DNA of 64,000 bases. It comes from an uncultured Candidatus Poseidoniales archaeon. Its GTDB lineage: Archaea; Thermoplasmatota; Poseidoniia; Poseidoniales; Poseidoniaceae. The DNA lies in the NCBI GenBank assembly GCA_000246735.1, contig CM001443.1, positions 143,669 to 207,668 of the forward strand, written 5' to 3'. Positions 9,615 through 19,120 of this stretch are shown in pieces. The notes under the pieces were generated by a model. The model saw only the letters and a list, made by a program, of their open reading frames with translations, had not been told where the DNA came from and ran no database searches. Position 1 is the stretch's first letter. Each line of letters begins with the position of its first letter. The position numbers were made by a program, and so were the translations under genes.

Positions 9615-10859
9615 TTAATCTGTTGACGGTGGAGGTGACGCTTCTGGTTGCTCTTCAGAAGTGGTCTTGGGGGGCGGCGCTGGGGCTTGCGTTCGCGCCT
9701 TCCATCGTTGTGTTGCCCTGATGTACTTGAGCGGGTGATCAAGCCATGGCTGGTCGCACAGACGGTCATCGCCAGGCAAAACTGGGCAGTTGTGATTGAC
9801 CTTTAATTTGCCACATCCGGATGGAGTGTAACCGTGTTGATAGACATGGTCAACCTGATACGAAGTCGTACTTTCACTGAAATCTGGGGCGCCTCGGAAG
9901 AAATTGACGCATGACTCTTTTGGGAGGGCGAGAACCGCTGAAATCGATGCCAAAAAGACCCGCCCGAAGTGGTTCAAGTTGACGCCCATAGCCAAATCCG
10001 AAACGGCCTTTCGCATGCAAGGAGGCCAATCTTCTTCAGCCGCACCAACCAATGCGATCGCCTCGCTTGCTTGATTGGACATAAGGTTTCGAACCATGCC
10101 AACTGGTTCTGCCAAACGGATGGCGAGATCGGTGGTCACCTCTGCCATTTTCTCTAATGCGTCTTGTTCGACGCCTCTTTTGATCCGTTCCCGGAGCAAT
10201 CGGGCTAACTTGGCAGATGATCCATATGTCGGTTCATCGAACAGCGTCACCCATCCTTGGTTGACATCACAATTTGGTAAGCGCCATCGTGCGCCAGTAA
10301 TCTTAGGGCATATCTCAATGAAATCACTGAGGCCAATATTCCAAACTGGCCCCGATTGCGATTGCCTTAGCGAGCGCATGTCCACATTACCTGAGCCAAT
10401 GCTCATGGCTGCTTGGCGCCCACCTTTGCCCTCTTTGCGTTCGAGTTGGCTGATGTAGGTTCGAGCGATGGTTTCGATGTTCTTGGTGTCTTTGATGAGG
10501 ATTTGTTCTGCGCGCGCCGCTTCTGCTTGAGCCCAGCGGGCAATGAGCCGCTCGTCTTCCGACGCACATACGACCAATCGGGCGTAATAGAACGAGAAGG
10601 CCTCGATAATTCGTCCTTCTTCAGTGAATAAATCCCCACCAACAACCTCGACGCCTTCCTTGGATTGAATGGAATCAATGAGGCGAATACGAGCGCGAGA
10701 ACGCGCTTTTTCCATCCACGAACCGTCCAAGAGCTCGTCAAGATCAATATTATGATCGACCGCCATCGATTGAATCCATCCACTCGCCTGCGGGAGGAAG
10801 GGATAGCGGGCGAACGTCACCTCGTCTTCCAGTTCCGGCAGGGACCTTGGGACGGGCAT
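9615..10859 (-). CDS. priL: DNA primase large subunit
   Basis: ARYPFL N-terminus; WPPCM, NLNHFGR, APDFSE..YQVDH, YTPSGC and further Cys ligands of the Fe-S domain. Confidence 0.9.
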   Translation of the reverse strand: MPVPRSLPELEDEVTFARYPFLPQASGWIQSMAVDHNIDLDELLDGSWMEKARSRARIRLIDSIQSKEGVEVVGGDLFTEEGRIIEAFSFYYARLVVCASEDERLIARWAQAEAARAEQILIKDTKNIETIARTYISQLERKEGKGGRQAAMSIGSGNVDMRSLRQSQSGPVWNIGLSDFIEICPKITGARWRLPNCDVNQGWVTLFDEPTYGSSAKLARLLRERIKRGVEQDALEKMAEVTTDLAIRLAEPVGMVRNLMSNQASEAIALVGAAEEDWPPCMRKAVSDLAMGVNLNHFGRVFLASISAVLALPKESCVNFFRGAPDFSESTTSYQVDHVYQHGYTPSGCGKLKVNHNCPVLPGDDRLCDQPWLDHPLKYIRATQRWKARTQAPAPPPKTTSEEQPEASPPPSTD

Positions 10860-10917
10860 GGTTGAGCGAAGCGCGCCGACCGCATAAGAACTTCAACGGA
10901 CACTTGATGAGGTCCCC

Positions 10918-11661
10918 ATGGAACCAACGAACATGCACGAGGCTGTTGACCAACGCCTTGTGGACATTCAAGATGAGGTGCGTGACGCCTTTGGATGGGG
11001 CCTTGAGGAAGACCTGCTTGCTGCAGAAGCATTGGTCCAACGCACCTATGAACTCGTCGCTGCAGTTCCTTCTTGGAGTCAAGAAGGGCGCCTTGCCTCC
11101 TTGGACGCATTGCGTGCGACATTGTTTGCCGCTGAACGGGTGACTGTTTTAGGCGCTGCAGCAACTGAAGAGGAAGCACGAAGGGTCGCTCAACAGGAAG
11201 GCGTCATCATCGCTGCCGATGGCTCAGTTGGTGCCTTGCGGGTACGAAATCGCCTTGCATGCGTGGTTTCAGATTTTGATGGAGGGGTTCACCTCCACAG
11301 TGCAGCAAAGGAAGGCGTTCCGATCGTAGCTCACAGCCATGGTGATAATGTTCAGAGATTCACACGTGCGTTGTCAGAGTGGTCTCAGTTCGATACCCCT
11401 CCCTCGCTTATTCTCACGCACCAGACACCAGCACAATGTCAAGGCGCTCATAATTTTCGGTGGCTTTACAGACGGAGACCGAGCCGTATGCTCTATCTGG
11501 CAATGGGTGTGAATCTTATGAACATCGACCTAGTGGGCTTTTCACTCAACACGGTTGGCATGTGGTCGGCCACCACTGTCCCTGAACAGAAATTGAAAAA
11601 GTTGGCGTGGATGTACCGCATTTTGGAAATGGTGGAACTTCATGATGCTGTTGCTCCCTAG
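10918..11661 (+). CDS. mptE: 6-hydroxymethyl-7,8-dihydropterin pyrophosphokinase (DUF115/MptE), with a locally out-of-frame segment
   Basis: IAADGS, VVSDFDG and HSHGDN motifs; the conserved FGGFTDGDRA motif is present but in a shifted frame at 11456-11491. Confidence 0.8.
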   Translation: MEPTNMHEAVDQRLVDIQDEVRDAFGWGLEEDLLAAEALVQRTYELVAAVPSWSQEGRLASLDALRATLFAAERVTVLGAAATEEEARRVAQQEGVIIAADGSVGALRVRNRLACVVSDFDGGVHLHSAAKEGVPIVAHSHGDNVQRFTRALSEWSQFDTPPSLILTHQTPAQCQGAHNFRWLYRRRPSRMLYLAMGVNLMNIDLVGFSLNTVGMWSATTVPEQKLKKLAWMYRILEMVELHDAVAP

Positions 11662-11704
11662 AAATACATAGTATCAAAAGCAAACTCGAGTAATTTGGGT
11701 TATT

Positions 11705-12331
11705 ATGGAACGAAAACGGCTGGTCAACCTGGTGTTATGGCCAGTTGCGTTGCTCGTTCTCAACAGCTTATGGATGAGTGTCGCAGGCGGCGTTGCTCCG
11801 TACGAAATCAATGACGTCGACCAAGCCATCGAAACACGCACCGTCGAATTGGATTCTGTATTTGGCCTCAGCAAGGAAATGCCAGCGGAAATGGAAGTCG
11901 AATTCACAGGCGTATCGGTCGATGATGGAACTGTGTCGTGGATCATTCGCGACGCATCAAACAGCGTAATAGCCCAATGGTCCGGTCTGCTTTCAGAGGG
12001 GCCCCCTAATTGGAGCGGGGCACTTGAGCCCGGCACCTACACCGTCGAAACGACCGTGGACGAAGGAATCGTAGCCGAACAAGTACTCCAAATCCAACCC
12101 TTTGAATCCTACAGACTCGAGGGGCACATCATACTCTCAATCTCCCTCTTCCTCGTTGCCTTTGGAGAGGTGTTCATCCGGCAGAAAGCTGAGGTTTTCA
12201 TGGCCAAGCGTGCGAAGTCAGATCCGGTGCGAACCGAAAAGAGTCCATTCAAACCCCTCAGGACTGGTATGCCAGAAGAGGATCTCTCGCTGGATGAAGA
12301 TGGGCCTTGGCGCTCACCAATTGGTCGCTGA
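11705..12331 (+). CDS. Hypothetical membrane protein (two TM helices flanking an extracellular beta domain)
   Basis: Hydrophobic N-terminus, acidic beta-rich middle (LEPGTYTVET), second TM helix, charged tail. Confidence 0.75.
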   Translation: MERKRLVNLVLWPVALLVLNSLWMSVAGGVAPYEINDVDQAIETRTVELDSVFGLSKEMPAEMEVEFTGVSVDDGTVSWIIRDASNSVIAQWSGLLSEGPPNWSGALEPGTYTVETTVDEGIVAEQVLQIQPFESYRLEGHIILSISLFLVAFGEVFIRQKAEVFMAKRAKSDPVRTEKSPFKPLRTGMPEEDLSLDEDGPWRSPIGR

Positions 12332-12341
12332 ACGCTGAGGT

Positions 12342-12494
12342 TCACTCGCGGTGATGGACTGAAACAGTCCCGCAAACCCTGCACCAAACCTTGGTACCGT
12401 CTTTACGAGGTGTGGCACCGGCAACGTCGATTTTCACACCGCAAACGCATGTGACCGTGTTCTGCATGGTCGTACGCAATCGGTGCTGATTCAT
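12342..12494 (-). CDS. 50-aa zinc-ribbon microprotein (not in the ORF track)
   Basis: Hand translation MNQHRLRTTMQNTVTCVCGVKIDVAGATPRKDGTKVWCRVCGTVSVHHRE; start overlaps the trm5 stop as ATGA; fills an otherwise empty gap. Confidence 0.65.
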   Translation of the reverse strand: MNQHRLRTTMQNTVTCVCGVKIDVAGATPRKDGTKVWCRVCGTVSVHHRE

Positions 12495-13624
12495 GAACTC
12501 AGCGATTCAGCAGCAAGCACAACCCATGCTTCGAAACACATGAAACTCTTGCTCGCAGAGAATCCTTTGACCTCTTCGAATTCAAGGGATTCAATCGTTC
12601 CACCAGCCTCTATGATTGCCGATTCAATCTTATTTTTCTCCGTCGCTTCATTGGCTCGATCGATAATCGCCCAGCCTCGCAAAAGGCTGGTTTGCCCCGT
12701 TCGCAACAATGGAAGAAGGTGAGGCAAATGTTCAACACTGTCGTGGGGGAGGTTGACCAAAAGAAGATCAGATGAGTTGCAAAGGCGAGGGTTTGTTTTC
12801 CATTGGGTCGCATCGGCACACATGACGCTTGAGGGGGCGAGTGCGGGCGCAGGTTCGCCCGTTTCGGTTTTTCTTCGACCGCCCAAATACGTCAAATTTG
12901 CTTGCAATAATTCCACCGCATCGGGGTTTAGGTCACCTGCGTAATACCCTTCGACGAGGGATGGCTCGCTAAGCAGGGCGCCCATGCTTGGGCCAACGCC
13001 TGCATAGGGGTCGGCGACGACAAGCGGGCGTGCCAGACGTTGTTTGAGTTTCTTTGCGCTTTGCAGTGTCCCAGTTCGTTCGTTTGAAAGCCGAGCAGAA
13101 AAATAAACTTTGGAAGCATCAACCCAAAGAAAGTACCCATTTTCTTTGATCCTCGTCATCGTTTCTGTCGAGCCATCGCGGCTTGCAAGCGGTTCGAGAT
13201 TGCGAACGCGGAAATCTCCTTGAACGCCAAGGTCCGCGCATATGAGTCGGATGCTCGGCAACTGTGTGAGCATGGCGTCTGCGATCATCTCAGCCAAGTG
13301 CCAAACGCTTTCTTCGATTTTTACAATCAATACATCGCCTTGTGTTTCATACGCCTTGGGCAAGTCGTCTTTGTGATGTTTCAAGAGTTCGGCATCGAAG
13401 TGTTCGGTCCAGTGTGAAGGTGCTTTTTCCTTAGCAGCCAGAACAATCAGGGCGTTTCCGAGCCATGCCGCATCGCCTTCAGGCGGAGCTGTTTGGTTGA
13501 GGGGGATGGCTTTGTTTCCGCCCCTTAAACTGGTCACGCCTGTGTGCTCAGCAAGCCATTTTTCAGAACGACAGCGCTCCAACCAATGTTGGGTTTGCGC
13601 GCTCGGCACACTCAAATGACGCAT
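12491..13624 (-). CDS. trm5: tRNA (guanine37-N1)-methyltransferase, Trm5/Met-10+ family
   Basis: KVYFSARLSNER, DPYAGVGP SAM motif, DLNPDA, VNLP motif. Confidence 0.8.
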   Translation of the reverse strand: MRHLSVPSAQTQHWLERCRSEKWLAEHTGVTSLRGGNKAIPLNQTAPPEGDAAWLGNALIVLAAKEKAPSHWTEHFDAELLKHHKDDLPKAYETQGDVLIVKIEESVWHLAEMIADAMLTQLPSIRLICADLGVQGDFRVRNLEPLASRDGSTETMTRIKENGYFLWVDASKVYFSARLSNERTGTLQSAKKLKQRLARPLVVADPYAGVGPSMGALLSEPSLVEGYYAGDLNPDAVELLQANLTYLGGRRKTETGEPAPALAPSSVMCADATQWKTNPRLCNSSDLLLVNLPHDSVEHLPHLLPLLRTGQTSLLRGWAIIDRANEATEKNKIESAIIEAGGTIESLEFEEVKGFSASKSFMCFEAWVVLAAESLSS

Positions 13625-13661
13625 GATGCTCGCTCACTCCAAGCGAAGGGGAGGTTTGAGC

Positions 13662-14540
13662 ATGACGGCGGAACACACCAAGGCCCCCCTTCTTCCCAAC
13701 ACTGGCCTTATGCTCATCGGCATGGGACCGGGACGTCTTTCTGGAATGAGTGTTGAAGCACTTCAAGCCGCAAAGGCCGCCGATGTGCGGCGGTATGAAG
13801 CGTACACTGCTCTTTGGCCACAAGCACAACTCGATGCACTTGAAGCAGAAGTTGGAGCCATCGAGAAGGTGATGAGGCCGGAAGTGGAACTCCCTGAGGC
13901 TTTGTTTGAATTGGCTCGAACTTCGTTGGTTGCGCTCTTGGTGGTTGGCGATCCGCTTCAGGCAACGACGCATGTTGATTTACAACTCCAAGCGACTGAA
14001 GCAGGCCTCGAATGCCTTGTGTTCCATGGCGTATCCATCACGACCTTGGTGACTGGCGCCATCGGGTTGTCCAACTATAAATTCGGGCGGCAAACCACGC
14101 TCACCTACCCATATGGTGGATGGGTGGCGACTTCACCTTTGGAAGTCATCGCCGCGAACATGCATCAAAACCTCCACACACTGGCCCTTCTCGATTTGGA
14201 TCCGACAGGTGAAGGCATCGGCCACCAAATTCCGATGAGACCCCAAGATGCGGTTGCCTCGTTGAGGTTGATGTGGGACAAGCTCGCAGATGCAATTGAA
14301 GAAATGCCACAAGAGACTGCCTTGCAATCGATGCGCGTCGAAGCATGTGAAGCCCTCCTAAGTGGTGATCTTGATTCAATGGATGTCGTGCTGTGTTCCG
14401 ATATGGGCACGGATGATGAATCCCTTGTGGCAACCACTGTTGCCCAGTTAGAAGGTCAACTTGGCGGCCGACTCAACAGCCTCGTGTTCCAATCCAAAAC
14501 CAGTGAAGTTGAAGAGAAGGCTCTCCTTCGTTGGCGCTAA
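13662..14540 (+). CDS. dph5: Diphthine synthase
   Basis: LIGMGPG, YEAYT, VGDPLQATTH, GLSNYKFGRQTT, NLHTLALLDL; divergent from trm5. Confidence 0.9.
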   Translation: MTAEHTKAPLLPNTGLMLIGMGPGRLSGMSVEALQAAKAADVRRYEAYTALWPQAQLDALEAEVGAIEKVMRPEVELPEALFELARTSLVALLVVGDPLQATTHVDLQLQATEAGLECLVFHGVSITTLVTGAIGLSNYKFGRQTTLTYPYGGWVATSPLEVIAANMHQNLHTLALLDLDPTGEGIGHQIPMRPQDAVASLRLMWDKLADAIEEMPQETALQSMRVEACEALLSGDLDSMDVVLCSDMGTDDESLVATTVAQLEGQLGGRLNSLVFQSKTSEVEEKALLRWR

Positions 14541-14554
14541 AGGTGTGTGGCTGT

Positions 14555-16656
14555 ATGTCTGACGATGTGATAATTCTCCTTTCTTTCCTGGGTTCATGTT
14601 CTTTTTTGCTGGTGTCGGGCTTGCATCGATGCGCGTCAAAGAAGACACGACGGATGATTACCTCGTTGCTGGACGCGGTATGCATCCAGGATTGGCTGCA
14701 CTTTCGGCCGTCAGCACATGGAACTCCGGCTACATGTTCATCGGTTTCATCGGTTTCATCTACGTTCAAGGCTACTCTGCGATTTGGATTGCGTTGGTGT
14801 CGACCATCGGGCAATTGGTAGCATGGATTTGGCTCTACAAGTACATCCAGAAAGAAGGAGAGGAACGGGGTATTCGCTCGCTCACATCTCTTGTTTCGAG
14901 CACAACCGGCTCACCTGAAGCAAAGGTTGCAGCGGTCCTATCGGTTCTTTTCCTCTCGATCTATGCAGCAGCTCAACTGACTGCAGGTGGTGTTGCCCTC
15001 GAAACTATGCTCAATTGGGCCCCTACAGTTGGTATTCTGATCGGATTCGTGCTTGTTGTGGCGTACTGCTATGCTGGCGGGATTCGTGCCTCAATTTGGA
15101 CTGATGCCGCTCAATCCAGCGTCATGATTGTCGGCTCAACGATCCTCTGCCTTGTTGCAGTCAAGAATTCAGGTGGGCTTTCTGGTTTGCACGATCAGCT
15201 TGCGGCCGTTGATGATTCGATGGTGAGTCTGTTCCCGTCTGGCTTGAGATTCGGGGCTGCCCTCTGGATTGCTGCCTTTTTCTTAGGCGGCTTGGGTGTG
15301 GCGGGACAGCCACAGGTTGTTTCTCGAGTCATGACGCTGAAAGACGACGCTGCTCGAAAGCAAGCGATGGTTTGGTTCTTCGTTTGGCAAACGCCGTTCA
15401 TCGTTTTGATGTTCATTATCGGCCTTGCGTGCCGTGTTTTATTACCCGAGTTGGGCACGGATGGTGCCCAAACTGGGTTGCCATTGTTGGCCATGGAACA
15501 ACTGAGCCCGTTCCTTGGCGGCGTCATCCTCGCATCGATTTTTGCTGCCACAATGTCGACTGCGGACAGTCAAGTCTTGGCTTGCACAGCCGCCATCACC
15601 GATGACGTGAAGTCTGAATGGAGTCAGGACCACAAGAAGACGAAAATGGTCACTCTTGGCATGGCGGTTTTCGCCACGGTGATTTCCCTCGTTGGTCAGC
15701 AGTTCCCAGGGTTCGGCGATTCTGTGTTCAGTCTCGTTGTTCTCGCCGTTTACGGCTTGGGCGCTATTTTTGTCCCGATGATTTTGGTTCGTATGATGGG
15801 GTATGAGCCTGACACAACCCACTCGATTCTAATGATGATGGCCGGATTTTTCGGCGTGATTGGATGGGTAACCTTTGGCCTCGATGGTGCGGACGGGATC
15901 TTCCCCTCAGTGCCTGGTGTCGGCGCTGCATTTGCAACCCACTTCCTCTTGTGCTGGTTGCGCGATGATTCACCTACGAATGCATTCGGGCGATACAGTG
16001 TGCCAGGTCAACAAACGGTGGCTGTTGGGCTCGCAATCTTGCTGGCTGTCGTTGCTGCCACAGAAGTGTCCTACGTCAATTTCGCACCCGATTCAAACGC
16101 TAATGGTGCAGATAGCGGTAAAGCATACACAATGAATTACACCATCGAAGAATGGGAGAAAACGGAAACATTGTTCATTGGAAACGACCAGACTGCGCAG
16201 TTCTCATTCACCTATGACGAGATGTTTACTGCTTCCTTGGGGATTCAGTTTGTCATCTCATATGAGGAAAGCAATGAGGTCGGAACCAGTAACTGTGATG
16301 ATGTGACGGTCGAACCCGACTTTAGCAACACTGCTGGGCCTCATGACGAAGTCGACGATTCTGCAAAGTCCACCTCAACCTGCGATGCTTCTGAACAGCT
16401 GATGGCATCGATTGTCACCGACAACTCTCTTTTGGAGTTCGGTTCAATCCCAGGAACGTACACCGCCAATGGAACCATGAACGAGCTCGAAAATAATGCA
16501 AAGCGAATGAGCAACATCGACCGCATGATGGGATCATATGAGGCGGGCGTGACCGTAGCAACAAATAGCAATCCATTTACTGGGGACTCTGGAGAATCGA
16601 TTACCATCACATGGCGAGCATTGCTGCTCGTACCGGGCGAAATTACTGCTGTCTAA
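14555..16656 (+). CDS. Sodium:solute (proline-type) symporter with C-terminal extracellular extension; apparent 1-nt deletion near 14593
   Basis: DYLVAGRG, SAVSTWNSGYMFIG, GGIRASIWTD, GQPQVVSR, AATMSTADSQ motifs of the SSS family; N-terminal MSDDVIILLSFLG lies in another frame (in-frame ORF starts 14596). Confidence 0.85.
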
Positions 16657-17505
16657 TCATAGACTGAACGTCTGACCCTGTCGAGCAATGCTCCAACCCG
16701 ACCCAGCGAGAAGGGTCGATGCTTCGCTTTCTGAATCGTACAATGGATTTGTGTGGTTCAGATGAATGAAATAGATTTCAGGATCGTTTTCTTGCCGCGG
16801 TCCGAGCATCTCGAGGGTTTTGCTGACTGGAGGATGGGGGACCTTGTCTTGGTTGCGCCCAGCAAGTTCGTTGATCGACCAAAAAGTACCATCAATCAAA
16901 GCAATCTCCACATCAAGTGACGCCAACCAAGAGCGTATGCTGTCGTGGTGATGGCGTGCGAGTGTCTCTTCCCATGTGTCGTGATCAGGGAGGAACAGCA
17001 AGGAGCGGTTTGGCCCACGTATCACGAAAGCGTGCATGTCTGAGAGTTCATCGCGATGGGGTACACGGATCGGTTGGGCAATCACATGTTCACTGAGTTG
17101 TATTCGATCGCCATCATGGAACACCTTTGCATCAAAGACGCCTTGCTCGACCATGAGGGCCCATTGGGGGGTTCGATCGATGAGGTGCTCCATTTCACTC
17201 GAAGTGTGGAGGTTCACGTTTCTGGCGTTCATGGTTTCACGGCCAAACAAGCCCAAACCATCGACATGGCCAAAGTGAGCGTGGGTGAGTAACACATTGT
17301 CGATCGTTGATTGGCCCCAAACCGTCAATTGCTGACCTAGAAAACGAGTCGCCTCAATCAGGTGGTTTACATTGCCATCTGTGATCCCAAGAGCCACAGG
17401 GTAGGACGCGTCTTCTGGAGCGAGTCCAACACAACAGGGGCGTGTGCAACCGGCTTGCGGTCGGCCGCCGTCTTGTGCTAAGCCAAGCAATGTCACTTCG
17501 ACCAT
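16657..17505 (-). CDS. MBL-fold metallo-hydrolase (PqqB/PhnP-like)
   Basis: LLGLAQDGGRPQAGC, THAHFGH, VPHRDE, DGTF, HLNHTNP. Confidence 0.8.
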   Translation of the reverse strand: MVEVTLLGLAQDGGRPQAGCTRPCCVGLAPEDASYPVALGITDGNVNHLIEATRFLGQQLTVWGQSTIDNVLLTHAHFGHVDGLGLFGRETMNARNVNLHTSSEMEHLIDRTPQWALMVEQGVFDAKVFHDGDRIQLSEHVIAQPIRVPHRDELSDMHAFVIRGPNRSLLFLPDHDTWEETLARHHHDSIRSWLASLDVEIALIDGTFWSINELAGRNQDKVPHPPVSKTLEMLGPRQENDPEIYFIHLNHTNPLYDSESEASTLLAGSGWSIARQGQTFSL

Positions 17506-17543
17506 GTGACTGCCAGCAAGGGCCTCGGCATCAAATCATCCAT

Positions 17544-19019
17544 TCACTGGACGTATGCGTTGGCTGCTTCTTGGGCGGTGGCCCCGTAAGGTGTGACACG
17601 GTACGCCATGCCGCGTCGCTTGAGGATGTCCTTCAGTGAAGCGGTGAGGTCTTCCTTCGTGATGAGTTCTCGGTCATCGGATAGCGAGGCGATGAGCGCA
17701 GACTGAACGACTTCTCGCAACCACGCACCGGTAAGACCATCGCTTGACTTAGCAAGACGTTCGATTGCCTCGCGGTTCACCGTTGGAGCGGTGTTTATTG
17801 GTTTCAAATGTTGGTGAAGGATGTGGTAGCGTTGCTCCTTATCGGGCAAGCCAACCTCGACAATGCGGTCAAATCGACCTGGTCGGTCGGCGATTGCAGG
17901 GTCGATTTTGTTCGAATGGTTGGTTGTTGCAAGGGTGATGACGCCGTGATTGGGCACAACGCCGTCCATAGACTGGAGGAATTCGCCCAAAAGTGGATGG
18001 TCGGAAGCACGCCGATCAAGAGCCCCTGCAGTATCGATGTCCTCGATGATGAGCAGGGTTGGCGATAATTTCCGAGCCAGCTCGTAGCACTTCTTGATGT
18101 CTTGACGCCCGGTGATCATCTCAGCAGAGATGAGGATGCAGGTGATGTCGGAGTGAGCGGCAAGCCACTTTGCAATCATGGTCTTCCCGGTCCCCGGAGG
18201 ACCTGCCAAGATGACGCCCCGTGAGTTTGCCAGACCGAGTTCCTTCAGCTTCGGCATGGCTTTTTGGAATGTGATGATGTCCTTCCAAAGGGTTTCTTTG
18301 ACCACTGGGTCCCAGGCAAGCAGAGCGTCAATGTTGGTGTCCCGTTCGACGAAGTTGTACTTCAAGTCAAAGAAGGCCTGGTTGAGTGGTCCGTTTTCGT
18401 AAAAATCCTCTTCCAATTGGTTGATGAAGTTGGTGAAGTCGTACCGTTCTGTGTTCATGCTGTGACCGGTTGGTGTATGGATGGTGATGCGGTGATCACC
18501 GTCGCCGTCAACAGAGGAAATTAGGGTGAAACGGTGCGCTGGGTCGACCTTGCTTTGGTAGAACCGTGTGCCGATGACCATGATGCGCTGACGTTGTTTA
18601 CCCTGCAGTGCGATGGTATCGTACATGCATGGGCGGAGAATTCCATCTTCAATTGAAAATTCCTCACTTACCTCATATTCCGGTTCGAGGTAGCTGTCGA
18701 GGTGCATCTTCATGAGCGCCCCCAAGTGGCCTTTCCAGTAGCGTGAATCGCGTTGGGTTTTGATTGCGTTGAGGAACGTGAACATCTTTGAATCAAACAT
18801 GTTTTGCCGGGTTTGCTTTGGCAGCAATGCATGTGCGGCTGCCTTCGCATCTGCATACGCCTTCATATCGATTGAAACTCGCCCCAAGGACGATTCAATC
18901 GTAAAGACGGGGTCCATTTTTTTCTCTTGCTCTTGCTTCTTTTCTTCGTCCATACGTGTCACACTTCCTTTGCTTTGCCCGACGCTTATGCCCCAATTGG
19001 GGGTTATATTCGTCGCCAC
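17544..19019 (-). CDS. AAA+ ATPase with uncharacterised N-terminal domain
   Basis: Walker A GPPGTGKT, Walker B IIEDID, second region of homology TTNH..DPAIADRPGRFD; start uncertain (GTG 19019 or about 18953-18962). Confidence 0.85.
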   Translation of the reverse strand: MATNITPNWGISVGQSKGSVTRMDEEKKQEQEKKMDPVFTIESSLGRVSIDMKAYADAKAAAHALLPKQTRQNMFDSKMFTFLNAIKTQRDSRYWKGHLGALMKMHLDSYLEPEYEVSEEFSIEDGILRPCMYDTIALQGKQRQRIMVIGTRFYQSKVDPAHRFTLISSVDGDGDHRITIHTPTGHSMNTERYDFTNFINQLEEDFYENGPLNQAFFDLKYNFVERDTNIDALLAWDPVVKETLWKDIITFQKAMPKLKELGLANSRGVILAGPPGTGKTMIAKWLAAHSDITCILISAEMITGRQDIKKCYELARKLSPTLLIIEDIDTAGALDRRASDHPLLGEFLQSMDGVVPNHGVITLATTNHSNKIDPAIADRPGRFDRIVEVGLPDKEQRYHILHQHLKPINTAPTVNREAIERLAKSSDGLTGAWLREVVQSALIASLSDDRELITKEDLTASLKDILKRRGMAYRVTPYGATAQEAANAYVQ

Positions 19020-19120
19020 AGGAATAACCTCCGAGGGTATATGAAGGCGCGAAAGGATGTGACCATCGCCCGCGAAGGAATCAAACGACAGGGGTGGCTC
19101 GATGTGTTTGAGGGGAGTTC

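Noticed and set aside
16657-17505. PQQ biosynthesis cluster
   Set aside because: Only a PqqB-like MBL hydrolase; no pqqA/C/D/E neighbours
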